A stretch of 64,000 nt of DNA. Source: Octopus vulgaris (lineage: Eukaryota). Below, piece by piece: positions 14,870-30,140 of the stretch. The first letter of the stretch is position 1, and each line of letters opens with the position of its first letter. Location of the stretch: positions 5,828,001 through 5,892,000 of the forward strand of contig OX597824.1 in NCBI GenBank assembly GCA_951406725.2, given 5' to 3'. A model generated the notes under the pieces. It did not search any database, had not been told where the DNA came from, and saw nothing but the letters and a program-made list of their open reading frames with translations. Made by a program: the position numbers and the translations under genes.

Positions 14870-15077
14870 TGGTTTCCAATATTGGCACAAGGCCAGTAAT
14901 TTCGGGGGAGGGGCAAGTATATAACATCGCGCTCAATGCATAAGTGGTACTTTGTTTATTCTCCCTGAAAGGATAAGAGCAAAGTTGACACTGCGAATAT
15001 TGAACACGGAACGCAAAGGCCGACGAAATGACCCTAAGCATTTTGTCCAGCATACTAACGGTTCTGCCAGTTCGCCA
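14870..15077 (-). mobile_element. SINE family B, older subfamily
   Basis: Reverse complement has the GGCGAACTGGCAGAACCGTTAG head and GGCCTTGTGCCAATATTGGAAACC tail. Confidence 0.75.
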
Positions 15078-15367
15078 ACCAAAACTTTTCCATACTAATA
15101 AGGGAAGATTCATCTAAGTATGACTATGTATAACATAGAAAAGTAATTAACTTAACTGAAAAACTATTGGTCGCTTTCAAGACAAAATGTTATATTTAAT
15201 AGCTCAATAAATGCAGCATTAGTGAAAATTGTTAACCCAATTCTGAAACCTAGGATTTGATAATGACCCTCAAGAAGACCTTAGACACAATATGAGACAA
15301 AGAATTATTATTATACAAGGTGTATCTACTAAAGAAATATAAAAAAATCATGGGAATTCATATAAAA

Positions 15368-16010
15368 TAATCCTTTTCTTCTATAAGGCCTGAAAGGTTA
15401 GGGAAGGGAGCTGGTCTATTACATTGACCCCCGGGTTCAACTGGTATTTATTTTATCGACCCCGAAAGGATGAAAGGCAAAGTCTAACCTCTGCGGAATT
15501 TGAACTCAGATCGTAAAGACGGACGAAAATCCGCTAAGCATTTTTGCCCGGGGCGGTAACTATTCCGGCAGCGAGCTGGCAGAAACGTTAGCACGCCGGG
15601 CGAAATGCTTAGCGGTATTTCGTCTGCCGTTACGTTCTGAGTTCAAATTCCACCGAGGTCGACTTTGCCTTTCATCCTTTTGGGGTCGATTAAATAAGTA
15701 CCAGTTACGCACTGGGGTCGATGTAATCGACTTAATCCGTATGTCTGTCCTTGTTTGTCCTCTCTGTGTTTAGCCCCTTGTGGGTAGTAAAGAAATAGGT
15801 ATTTTGTCTGCTGTTACGTTCTGAGTTCAAATTCCGCCGAGGTCGACTTTGCCTTTCATCCTTCCGGGGTCGATAAATTAAGTACCATTTACGCACTGGA
15901 GTCGATATAATCAACTTAATCCGTCTGTATGTCCTTGTTTGTCTCCTCTGTGTTTAGCCCCTTGTGGGTAGTAAAGAAATAGGTAACTATTCTGACATGT
16001 CACCACCTTT
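15368..16010 (-). mobile_element. Older family B SINE interrupted in its head by a younger antisense family B dimer
   Basis: Body at 15368-15565; remainder of the head (TGACATGTCACCACCTT, cf. TGCCAGCTCGCCGCCTT) resumes at 15993. Confidence 0.75.
15566..15983 (+). mobile_element. SINE family B, young tandem-dimer form with an 11-bp TSD
   Basis: Head GGCAGCGAGCTGGCAGAAACG, then two ~184-bp units each ending AAAGAAATAGG; TSD GGTAACTATTC at 15555-15565 and 15982-15992. Confidence 0.92.
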
Positions 16011-16232
16011 AAATAGAACAAAACTGTTATGTGGACGCCTCCAGACGATGAAGTAGGCTAGCCCAATACGTACATATAGAGAGAGAAGTGTAGACGTCGA
16101 AGAGTAGTAGAGATTCGAGGTTGAGTAGCAGTCATCCAAACGTGCGACATAACAAAAATAATACTAGGTAGTTAGTCTGTGATACAAACAGAAATTTATT
16201 GTAACAGTATATATCATAGTATATTTGTAATC

Positions 16233-16418
16233 GGCGAGCTGGCGGCAAGCTGGCAGAATATGGCGACTTAATCCGTCTGTCTGTCCTTGTTTGTCCTCTC
16301 TGTGTTTAGCCCCTTGTGGGTAGTAAAGAAATAGGTATTTCGTCTGCCGTTACGTTCTGAGTTCAAATTCCACCGAGGTCGAATTTGCCTTTCATCCTTT
16401 CGAGGTCCTATTTCTTTA
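16233..16418 (+). mobile_element. Rearranged family B SINE with a 15-bp TSD
   Basis: Duplicated head, then 3' half of the unit followed by the 5' half, then inverted tail CCTATTTCTTTA; TSD TATATTTGTAATCGG at 16220-16234 and 16433-16447. Confidence 0.85.
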
Positions 16419-18331
16419 AAAAAATATATATATATATTTGTAATCGGTTTGGCGGTTATCATTTGACAAGTTGAACTACCAGAGAATATTCAACAACCTT
16501 CTAAACTGTCCGCACCTATAATCAAAATGGTTCCTGAAAGTAATATTAAAAAAAAAATTGATCACCGAGGGAAGTTCAACAGCTGCCCATCTAACTACGT
16601 CTCCAACGCTCGTCTCTTAGAAATGTATAAAATTATTTATGTAAGTACGTCACGTTACACAGGGTTTGTTATTGGGAAGAATATGGAACATTTCAGGAAA
16701 ATTGTTTAGCGTAAGAATTTATGCTCCGGTGAACAAAATGGATTAAATAAGTTGCTAAATATTCCATCAATCCAGGAAGATGAAAGCTAATCGACACAAC
16801 GGAACTTTCAACTCATCTCCTGAAAAGATATAATTGAATACTATTTAAATTTTTATAGTTATTTTCGATTATTGCCAAGATTCTAAATTTCCTGCCATAA
16901 TCGTAAAAATGATGATCGTGTGAATAAGGACTAATGCTGGTTTCAGTAACGCGTTGGTGGTAATGGTGCCGATGGTGATAATTCCAAACTTTGATACTAT
17001 AATAATAACTTTTGCATATGCAGAAATACCACATTTTATCGCAAATGCAATGTTGTGAATAAAACCTTCTCCAAGAAAATTACTGTTTTACATGCGAAGG
17101 AATAATTCTGATAAGCAATTTAAACGCTGTAGTAGAATCAATTCGAATCGCCAGGCAGCTGCCGCCTGCTCTCAGTAAATTCGGCATAAATAACAGACTT
17201 AAGGGTGTGTGCGGAACGGTAATTTGGTTTACAATTTTGGGCGATTATGTTTGCTGGCTAGGACACAATCAAAGTGGTAAATTGCCGAGGTATTTCCATT
17301 CCATTATGACTAAATAACATAATCATACATTCATAGAGATTTAAGTATAGATGCATATAGCCTTATATGTCTAACAATGTATGAAAGTGTATTGTGCAAA
17401 ATTATACACACCTCTGTATGTGTGTACATTTTACTATTTTAAATTTATTGAATACGACTCACAGAATAGGGGCAGGTTGCGAACTACGAATCAAATTTAC
17501 ATCATTAGAATTTTGGTAACAACATAATTCAGAATTGTTTTGAAATTTAAGAAAATCCCGCATGCATCCATTGATACAGTTAAACGATCAGTTCTCAGAG
17601 CTTGTGCGCATGCGTATATGTACTTTTGCATAAGTGTGAGTGCATGTGTTGCTACGTTTCTGTAAAATTCATTGTATTTTTGTCCCCAAACAATTATTTT
17701 ACATTTTGCGCCAGTTTTAATATCGATGCTGGAGAGATCTGACGAGTTTAAAAATATATAAATGTACTCAACATTGACGAAATATATTGATGCATAACAA
17801 CGAATCTTTGCTATACTTAGAATTGTACATCGTTTGAGCAAGTGAGACACGCTGCATAAGAAAATAATATAATGATGATATTTTAAGATATATTTAATAT
17901 TTTTGTGACAACATTGTGACAAAACTGAAATTTTTCAGCTTAAGCATTTTATTGCCTGATTTAACAATATTTTACGGGATCACTTATTTTTCAACAAAAA
18001 AGCATAACGTTCAAAATGTGATAGGATGTTACACAAAGGAGCACAAATCGGCTGCATCTGTTGTCTTAATTCATCCCATTCTTATGTTTACTGACCAATG
18101 CACATCACGAATGCATCTGTTTTTGTTAGTACACAGTGTTATTTTTTTCACCAGGTTCATATTGCTGTTAAATTATCCAGCAGTTCTTAGACTGTTTGGA
18201 AGCTGTTCTGACTCCAAATGTTTACATGATCGATCTATAATGTGTTGTTCACGTTATGATTGGTTCTTTGAATGATGTAGTTGATTTTGTTAGTGTTGTT
18301 GTTTAGTAGGTATTATCGAAGGTTAAAGTGT

Positions 18332-18557
18332 CGAGCTGGCAGAAACGTTAGCACGCCGGGCGAAATGCGTAGCCGTGTTTCGTCTGCCGTTACGTTGTGA
18401 GTTCAAATCCCGCTAGGTCGATTTGCCTTTCATCCTTTCGGGGTCGATAAATTAAGTACCAGTTACGCACTGGGGTCGATATAATCGACTTAATCCGTCT
18501 GTCTGTCCTTGTTTGTCCTCTCTGTGTTTAGCCCCTTGTGGGTAGTAAAGAAATAGG
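18332..18557 (+). mobile_element. SINE family B, young monomer
   Basis: Full head-unit-tail; TAGGTATTATC at 18307-18317 and 18554-18564 (probable TSD). Confidence 0.92.
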
Positions 18558-18813
18558 TATTATCTGAGGCTGGTTAAACAGAGCAAAACCCTACCTTTTG
18601 ATATATCGATATTCCTATCCTGTAAACTCAGTCAGTTCATAATATCCAAGTGGTCTCAATATAAACGAAGCGGATTCTCTAAATAGAACAGTGAAGTAAA
18701 CCCAATGTCGGAAGCAGAGACTGAGATCATTTTCATTTGGGTTGCGATGAGGTGGATAAATATCATAGCAAAGGATGAAATGCAAAACGTTATCAGTTAA
18801 CTTGTCGTCGTAA

Positions 18814-19201
18814 TCTCTCTATATACAAAGCTGAAGTTGTCTGTGTGTGGTAGGTTTGGTAGCCTTCAACTAACACTATCTCTTCCGAGACCCTGTGGCG
18901 CAAGTTGACCAAAATTGAGAGTATGATAGAAGAAGGCTTGCTCTTCCTTCCGTAGAAGATAAAATTTCAAATTGGACCATGTTAACACCAAAAATTATTT
19001 ACATCAAAAAGGTGCTTCTATGAAAATCCCTATTTTTTACGGTTTTTTGACTGCTGTGTCGCCATTTTTCGGTGTATTTCAACCAGAAAAATGTTCACTT
19101 AAAGAGAATAACAAGCTACATAATGTAAAAGTTTTACTTTCCAAAAATTCCAATTCTAAAGGGTCGAAGCGAACCCGAGCAACGCCGGGCGATACTGCTA
19201 G
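18814..19201 (+). mobile_element. Non-autonomous Helitron, complete (388 bp)
   Basis: 5' TC start (TCTCTCTATATACAAAGCTGAAG), subterminal GC hairpin CCCGAGC-AAC-GCCGGG at 19174-19189, 3' CTAG end, inserted between A and T, no TSD. Confidence 0.88.
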
Positions 19202-21100
19202 TTTATGATAAAGCATTGTGGCTTATTTTTGATATGTTCATTTAATGAACCTGGGGCGACATTTCCTTTCACGCTGCTCCTGCTTACGCAGCTAAAATGT
19301 GTATCAATCACGTATTGGTGTATAATTTCGACTCTCTACCGGCCATATCCACGGTATGCCACAGTGTCAAAGATTGAAAAGGCTGATATGGTATATATTT
19401 TTTTTGTGCGACTAAATAGGCAGCAAAAACAATTATCGAAGACAACCAATTTTGCGTTTGACGGCCGTGGTTCAAAGATATTCTTCTTATTGTAAATACA
19501 AATAAGTAATGACTGATGAGAATGCAACTGGAAAGAGGAGAGTAAAGGAAAGTGCCAAATGATTATTTATCAAAGAAGCTTTGCTGCTCGAAGTAAAAAG
19601 AAAAAAAACCTGTTATTGTGATAATATTGTTTTTTTTTTATTTCAGAAAGCCGTTTAATTACTTTCCCTTCTTGCGGTTGCTGGAATCCTTATATCTTGC
19701 AAATACTTACTGCCAATAAGAAGCTAACAAAAGACCTCGCCGACCACTCTTATCCTCGTAACTGAAACGTCAATGATTGTCTCCGACGCTAGCTATTCCT
19801 CGAGAGAAGTATTCCAAAGACAGTCTGCCTGGAATTCAGTTTACTTTAGCATGAAATCTATTGATATTTCTTTCACAAAATTCCAGTCGTTATATGATAG
19901 GTACTTGAACAATATAAACCACTATTGCAATCCATCATTTTCTTCTTAACTCTCTAAATATCTACATGACGAATGTTTATGATGTTGGGAAAGAACCGGT
20001 CTTAATGACATTTACAGCTGATATCGTGACAGAATTTGGCGAAAGGAAACCTTCATACTTGATAATTGAACACAAGAATTCTTCTTCCAGAACTAAAAGC
20101 TAGAATAACACTTTTCTTTCTGTTTTCCCGTTCAATTCAACGCTTATTGCAGCTATATTAACGAGCATTTATCATGCGCATGGTGCCGTTGGTACTTCTG
20201 AACAAAGTTCTATATAAATACTACACCACCGGTTTAATATTTCGCAGCAAATTTGAATTATTTCGACTTTTTCTCAGAATCATCGAAAGAATCCACAATG
20301 GAATTAATAAAGAAATAAAAAGACACACCCTAAAGTTTGGTGCTACCTGGTGGTAACGGTATCAGAGATCGCCGGTTTCTTAACTTTAGCGAGGCCATTG
20401 GTGGTTGATCAACAAAAAGAGAAACAGATTTCTGGGGGAAACGTATCATCCATGATCAGTTGAACAAATTATTCTTAGAGGCCAAGTCAGCACGGCAAGT
20501 CCATTCAGGCATCAAGTCCATCGCAAAGCGGAGGAATTTGATAAGGTTCGCTATCCGACTTGTGGCGCTTATGGTCCCTGATACAGTTCATAATTGAATA
20601 GAAGAGAACAGATCCTGTTGTATGTAAACATATGACATCCAACATCATGTGACTTCGCTACTCTCCTGATCATAATGACATCGTCTGCTGTATTTGATGA
20701 ACTGTCAAGGCACAAACATTAGCGACACCATGGTGGTGTTAAGAACACTTTGGTGTATATTGTCATGAACATATCGGGTAGTATGTATCGTTTTAACTGA
20801 TGCAATTAGAACGTTTTCTGTTCGTGTTTCTCGTGAAATTTTCGCATTTTATTTTTCTAGTTTTTATTTCCGGGGGATCCATGTTATCTGAACAAGAACA
20901 ACTGCCGGATCGGACAAACTATGCTTTCCAAAACAGTCCGGTTAATGATTTGATTTTTGTGTAACGATACATCAAACAGTTAACCATTAATAGGAGTGTT
21001 AAGGTATTTAAGAAGTGTTATCATATAAACTTCATTTTAATAAGGTTAGGATTGAGAGTGATTTCCAAGTATCAGTATATTCTTTTAGTGTGCTCGGTAC

Positions 21101-21645
<545 letters not shown>

Positions 21646-22328
21646 ACATTTATATCTACCAGTCGATGCACATAATAAACACACGACTAATGATATCCAT
21701 TCGTATATGTATGTAGAATGTGAATACACGTATTTGTGCGAATGTATGTGTGCTCGAGTAAGCGTTTGTATGTGTCCTGTTTATATTCAATAAGATATTT
21801 GTTCATAACGCTTTGCACTCTAAAAGTTGTTATTTGAAAAGGTGCGGAAAGAAGTTGTGTGATGGAATGTGAATATCGACTTAGATGGATTTCGTGAAGA
21901 ATTCTAAAGTGAACGTTAATTATCCCCAGTATTATGGAGTGAATAACTTTCTTTGAATTTAAACATATCGGAGACATTCAATGGGAAAGCTGGAATGTCT
22001 GGAGAAATTCCAAGAAAATGGCTAGACTATATTTTTTTCTTATTATTTTACACATTTTTTAAATGAAAAACTAAAGTAACTTAGTTATTGAAATGTCGCT
22101 CAGCGATTTTAGTATTATCGAAGTATATCATGAAATTTATCTGTGTACTTTATATACTTTTATTAAGGTATGACTATTTTGGTTTGATAAGGATTAAGGC
22201 CATCAAGATGATTTGAAATCTTCTTCTAATCTTAACCTGGAATATGGTTTCAAATTCTACTAAACTGAATCATTTCATTATACGTAACCAAATACTTTTG
22301 TTATAAGAAGTGATTCTTTGCAAACCTT

Positions 22329-22744
22329 TCTCTCTTCTCTCTTTTACTTGTTTCAGTCATTTGACTGCGGCCATGCTGGAGCACCGCCTTTAGTCGAGCA
22401 AATCGACCCCGGGACTTATTCTTTTGTAAGCCCAGTACTTATTCTATCGGTCCCTTTTTGCCGAACCGCTAAGTGACGGGGACGTAAACACACCAGCATC
22501 GGTTGTCAAGCAATGCTAGGGGGACAGACACAGACACACAAGCATATACACACACACATATATATATATATACATATATACGACAGGCTTCTTTCAGTTT
22601 CCATCTACCAAATCCACTCACAAGGCATTGGTCGGCCCGGGGCTATAGTAGAAGACACTTGCCCAAGATGCCACGCAGTGGGACTGAACCCAGAACCATG
22701 TGGTTGGTAAACAAGCTACTTACCACACAGCCACTCCCGCGCCT
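22329..22744 (-). mobile_element. SINE family A, full length, low divergence
   Basis: Colinear with the other family A copies end to end. Confidence 0.93.
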
Positions 22745-23231
22745 ATAACTTTATTTGAAACTTTATTTGCTTAAAAATCCCAATGATCAACGACAGCTGG
22801 ACTTTAACCGATTAGATTTGGGCAGAACATTAATTTATGATGATGATGATCGTTAAATCACGTGCCAAGTCGATTCCTATTTTTGTAACATAGTTTTCGT
22901 AGACTTATCTAAGTCTTGTAAATAAGAATAAACGAACATTCCCCCTGGTAGCTTCAATACAACATGTTAGGGTTGAGTCATACTTTCTCATTACCTGAAA
23001 TGCAGTGAAATCTGCCAGATACGGATCTACATCTGACAGCTGGGATGCCTACAAGTGTAAACTGTGAGGTTATTAGAAAGGCTAATAGGTTGAGTTTCAT
23101 GAGATGAATGAAAACATATGCTCCGAAATGCGACGTTATCCTAATTATTTCGTTATTTAACCAATATAGCTGTTGACCAGCATTTAATAACTATATACAC
23201 ACACACACGTCATTATTATACAGGCAATTGC

Positions 23232-23241
23232 TTTATTATTA

Positions 23242-23324
<83 letters not shown>

Positions 23325-23336
23325 GTTATTACTATT
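23232..23336. repeat. (ATT)n microsatellite
   Basis: Directly visible. Confidence 0.95.
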
Positions 23337-23338
23337 GA

Positions 23339-24192
<854 letters not shown>

Positions 24193-24869
24193 TCTTAATA
24201 TGCCGTTGTGAAATCTAATCTTTTCACTAGCTTTCCGAATATAATTACATATATCGCTTTCGAACATGTTAGGAAATTGAGGTGTCTGTTTGGCTGGTAT
24301 TTATTTCATCGAACCGTGAAGATGAAAGACAAAGTTTGTCTTGATGGGTCTGTGAACAGAAGCCGTAATGTTCTAAGTACTGCAGATGATCTAGCCTTCT
24401 GTCTGACGTTCAACGGATTACATTAAATCATTTCATTAAGTAAGAATCTGAATAGATTTCTTCATTCACCCACCTTAAACCGAATTGGCATCAATCTCAC
24501 TGAAGCTCCACCGGTTTTTCAGACGAATTATTCACTTCACTCTAATTATAACAGATTACCTAAATTGATATGAAGCAGAAGAAAATACTTTTAAATGCCA
24601 TCGTATCATTACACTTTCTCTTCCAAATTGCATTAATTTTATTGATGAGATGTTGGATTCCTTTTATGCTTACTTTTATGGTATTAACAGTATTAAAATA
24701 TATGTTATAAGGTATTAACAGTATTAAGAGCATAAAAGATTTTTCTTCCAAATAATAATGCTTCATTTTCTAATTTTTTTTTTTTTTTCATATTCGTTCA
24801 CATTCAGTAGAATATAATCATGTAGATCAGCCAAACATACAACATCACTAGAAGCATAAAACAAATGTA

Positions 24870-25280
24870 AGGCGGCGAGCTGGCAGAATCGTTAGCACGC
24901 CGAGCGAAATGCTTAGCGGTATTTCGTCTACCGCTACGTTCTGAGTTCAAATTCTGCCGAGGTCGACTCTGCCTTTCATCCTTTCGGGGTCGATAAATTA
25001 AGTACCAGTTACGCACTGGGGTCGATGTAATCGGCTCAATCCCTTTGTCTGCCCTTGTTTGTCCCCTCTGTGTTTAGCCTCTTGTGGGTAGTAAAGAAAT
25101 AGGTATTTCGTCCGCCGCTACGTTCTCAGTTCAAATTCCGCCGAGGTCGATTTTGCCTTTGAACCTGTCGGGTTCAAATAAGTACCAGTTACGCACTGGG
25201 GTCGATATAATCGACTTAATCCATTTGTCTGTCCTTGTTTGTCCTCTCTATGTTTAGCCCCTTCTTGACAGTAAAGAAAG
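24870..25280 (+). mobile_element. SINE family B tandem dimer
   Basis: GGCGGCGAGCTGGCAGAATCG head and two units joined at GAAATAGGTATTTCG. Confidence 0.92.
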
Positions 25281-25324
25281 AAGAAACACATACAAATGCC
25301 ATGTCAATATAAAACCAAACTAAG

Positions 25325-25530
25325 GCCAGTATGTCGGACAGAATATTTAGCGGCATTTCGCCCTTCTTCATGTTCTGAGTTCAAATTCCGCCGAGGTCGA
25401 CTGTGTCTTTTATACTTTCGGAGTCGATAAAATTAATACTAACTCTGTACTGAAGGTCGATATAAACGACTTACCTTCTCTCTCGAAATTGCAGGCCTTT
25501 ATGCCATCATTTGAAAATTTGAAATCAATA
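25325..25530 (+). mobile_element. SINE family B, older subfamily
   Basis: GTTCTGAGTTCAAATTCCGCCGAGGTCGAC, GGTCGATATAAACGACTTA, AATTTGAAATCAATA tail. Confidence 0.78.
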
Positions 25531-26086
25531 TAAAACAAAACAACGGGCTGTACACGAAACTATGCTTTCTAAGAAGTAGAACCAACAATGCCCCCAAAGA
25601 GTTGGAGGACAAAAGAAGATCTCTAAACTTGTACAGGATCCTGTTAAATAGAAGGATATTTATATTGATTCACAATGAAGCTAAGTAGGTGATATTTAAG
25701 TTTTAAAATTATTCCGATCAAGATATTTGTATTAAACACTTGAATTTCCTTTGACTGTAGCAAAACGAATGTTTATTATATATGCCGCCTCTGTTGAGTC
25801 CATGATATGGAAATATACGGAAAACATTGATGATGGAATCCACAGAGAAAATTAACAGAAAAAGAAAACATTTGAGGATTTTATTTCAACTTTTACGACA
25901 TGAAGTTACAATTTAACACAGGTGATAATGGTGGAATGTGTTAACAAATGTTTAATGTTTCTGTTGTTTTGACCTGAAAAACCTATTTTTAAAAGTCTGC
26001 AATACTTAAGTTGAAACATAAATAATGATACGACTGAATTCCAAACTTTACGAAATACTTTACTGGTTTCTAAAATCTATAACATA

Positions 26087-26117
<31 letters not shown>

Positions 26118-28455
26118 ATGTGTGTGTGTGTGTGTGTGTCTATGTGTATACATATGTATGTATATATGCATACTTAGCGATAAGGATATATCACAAATAT
26201 ATCTTAAGTATAGTATGAAGCGAGGAGATATATGATTTTAAGAAACAGTGAAATAAAGCATTCTATACTAGCTAAAAATAATATTTTTTGGCGAGTATCA
26301 TTATAAAGAAATGGAATATTGTACATCCACTTATTTTCCATTTAATTTACATGCTCAGAGCTGATTGACATTAAAGGATTCTTATTTGGGTTTCTTAATT
26401 TTTAACCAATACATTCGTATTTTTCATTATCCATTATTATTTTCGGCTATAAATTGTGGAACCAAAGTTCTATATATGAACTCAATATTGATATAACGGT
26501 TTTCAGTGTTTAGGACTGTTTGAATAATAAACTATTTAATTAAGTCCCTTAATGTGCCCGAACTCCTCGCTGTAGTTTATTTCTCATTGGTCAATAAAAT
26601 TGAAGGCGCAGGTACAAGAATCAATTCAGTCTTTGTGAACTTTATGTATAAAATATAAAATCCATATAACAGAAAAGCCCTGTAAATAGCACATAGTGCA
26701 AGTAAGCACCGCATTAAAGACAAACACATGTTGCAGATAAGCCCTCTACAATTGCAATTAAATCCTTAACGAACGAAAATGAAGAATTAAGAATAAGTTT
26801 TGAATCTTACGGACGTTTTTTTTTCTTTGTTAATCTCCTTGTGTTTTCCTCTAACAATAGTAACTACTCCATAGTAATTCCATGATACTATATTTAGTCT
26901 TGTATATTATAATTACATTAGAGTTCTATTTGATATTTCTATCCTAATTCTGTCCTCTGTTATTGAGTTTTCATCTAATTAATATAATTACTGATGGAAA
27001 AGAAGAGCTAATTTAAGAACTTTAGATATCTGAAATCTTAAATCTAAAACGTCATCTTATTCCTAGAAATATACATTTTTAGTTGCTTGTATATATATGA
27101 TGGCGTTTGTGAACGTATTATGTTGGTGTGCGGACGCATGTCTGCCGTTCTTATTAGGACTGATTAATGAGAAAGAATAGAGACTTCTATTGTTACAGCC
27201 ACGCGATCTATCTTATACAAATGACCAAATTAAGCCGAAGATGAAAGGAGCCTTTGACCAAGACTAACAATCTTGTACAAGCACAGCGTGGACATAGCGG
27301 AGCCAATTGTAGATATTTTGAATAATATGAAATTATCGCATTACAGAAAGTCAGATCGTATATGCGTCTCGTTTTGTATTCTGAATATGATTTATGTGAT
27401 TAAGCTTGGATTATAGCAAAAATATGTTGGTAGAATGAGCGTATGTATAAATGCATATAACTGTAGGTGTGTGTATGTGAGTGTCTAGGTGCATAACTGC
27501 GTATGTATGTACATCATGTATACATGGATAGATAAACACATACGTATTATATATATATGTACATATACACAGATACACACATGGTTATAAATATGAATGT
27601 ATATTCGTATGTACACATATAGGCATATACATACATGTGTACGTTTATGTGTGTGCAATTAAGTTATATACATTTGAATGCATGCTAAATGCATGGAACA
27701 ATTACTCTATTTATAACGCTCGCATATAGGACAATCTGTGTCGGGTGTGTGGGGGTGTGAGGGTGTGCGTGTGTGTATATAGGTATGCATATATGTGTGT
27801 ATTCGGGACACGTACATACAAATATACATACGTTGTTTGAATGCCGGACACACGACTGTATTACATCGAACTGGTTGGAGACAAGAGCATGCAGATTAAC
27901 AGAATAAGGCAATTCAAGGGAATACCCAAAGTCTCAATATCGACATTTTAGATAAATCCCGACAAATGAGAAACGCAAGCGCAAGGCATGCCTGCCGATC
28001 GAACCCGCACCAACAGAAGTGGCACCTCTTACGGACAGAACAGATGTGCAGGGGCCACAAAGAAAAAGTGAACTGCGCAAATGCAGAAACACCCCCCTCG
28101 CATTCAGTCTCGGTAGACCACCAATGCCCGACTTGGTTCAGACCGCAATCGATCTGATTGACCACAGCCGGACACACCCAACCCCATCTACTCCGACATT
28201 ATATCCTATCATCGGCAGTAAAAATGGAGACAGTCTGTATATATGTATATATATATATATATATATGTGTGTGTATATATATATATATATTTATATTTAT
28301 GTATATATGTATCTATGTATACATACATATTTATGTACATATATAAATATATGTATATATATATATACGTACATGTATATATATATTTATATACGTATAC
28401 ATATATATATATATAGATGTTTGTATGTATATATATATATGTGTTTGTCTGTATG

Positions 28456-28496
<41 letters not shown>

Positions 28497-28527
28497 CTAT
28501 ATATATATATATATATATATTTTTGTG

Positions 28528-28584
<57 letters not shown>

Positions 28585-29379
28585 GTATATATATATGTAT
28601 ACATATAATTTAGAAACAACACGAAAGTATGTTCTCATATTTTGTGCATAAATGACAGACAAAATATGAGAACAATTTGTTTTTAATTCCCGATTTTTCT
28701 TATTCACTACTTTTCTACTTTCAATTCTTAATATTTGATTTGATGGACATTCACATAAAAAACGGTAATATTCAAGGTAACAAATACAAAACAATCTATA
28801 AACATACTTTCATGCTGTTTCCATATTTGTTTTTTTAACTATGACTTTTGATTTGTATGGATTCTTAACCCCCTTTTCAACTACATCAACTATATATGTG
28901 TGGTGTGTGTGTGTGTGTGTCTGTCTGCGTGTGTGCGTATATATATATATACATAGATATAATATGTGTAATATATGTGTGCGTATAAAGTTATAAAATT
29001 CATTTGGCGTTGAACTTTGATTTTCACATGAATTATTATTCAACCTGACTGGTTGAATAAACTATCAGTTGAAACTTTAAGTCTGAGTCAGAACGAATTT
29101 TATGGCAAGTTTGATTGAATTTACGCATTGAGTTTCACCATCAGTTGTTATTCTTGTAGTTGATTTAATAGAAATATTTTAGATTTATATATACACAAAC
29201 GCTCAAACGTATATGAGTACACACAGATAGAGAGGTATAGTAACTGGTTGATAAATACATGTCTGCAGAAGCCCACTTCAGTGATGATAGCTGCGTAAAG
29301 GACATTAGGTATATGATAGACGTGAGACCCGGGTCGTTGAACGATGCATGAAGCAAAAATTGATACATATGACAATGAC

Positions 29380-29700
29380 GGATGGCGCCTTTAGGAAATG
29401 CTTGAGCGAATCTCTTAGAGAGTTTACGAAACAGATATCACTACACTGGGTCAACGCATACGACTGTCAAAGGAGAAGGCAGCAGACTATGGCAGCAAAT
29501 AGACGTTATAAGAGAAATCCAAGCCTCATTCTAGCATCAGGTACAGATCATCATTAGAAGACAAGAGTCGAGCACTTAAAAACCTCTTCTGGATGGATAA
29601 ACATAAATTTGAAATCGAGATCCGTACTACCTGTTTACATGAACGAAGATGATTTCTTCCATACTGCTCCAGACGACCACGGGTAATTTAAGAACGACAT
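29380..29700 (+). mobile_element. Possible decayed I-group LINE fragment (RNase H end and downstream domain)
   Basis: Broken frames give KQISLHWVNAY..EKAAD (cf. RNase H ITLQWVPAH..GNExAD) and DPYYL....DHG (cf. DPYY..LRTGH). Confidence 0.35.
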
Positions 29701-30140
29701 TACTTTCTTTCCCACCGCTCGTCGCGGTCGCCCCTTCCTGCTTTGGTTCATTCAATCATTCATTTATTGTTCTATTCATCCATTGAAATCTTCTGTATTT
29801 GGCTCGTTGATTGTGCATTTTCTGTCCCTTTACACTTCTTAATTTCCTTTCCTAACCCTTCTCTCCATTTTTCTTTTTCTCTCTCTATATCTCTATTTCT
29901 CCCTCTCTCCTACTCTATACGACTGTCTCTCCTCATCTCTTTAAGCTCATACCTTTTCTGTCCTTATGCCTGTCTTATATATCATTATTCCAGCTGATCT
30001 TTTTCACCTCGCAAAGGAACCCAATCTTGGTCAACCAACATGAATTACAGCCGCTGCGCAATCAACACTTGATAATATCAGACTCTTTCCTATTAAAATA
30101 CTTCTTTTCTAGACTTTTCCGAAAAGCTTTTGAGTTAGTA

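Noticed and set aside
19900-20760. Complex sequence with ADDVIM on the minus strand, resembling the RT YADD motif
   Set aside because: No other RT motifs in register; insufficient evidence
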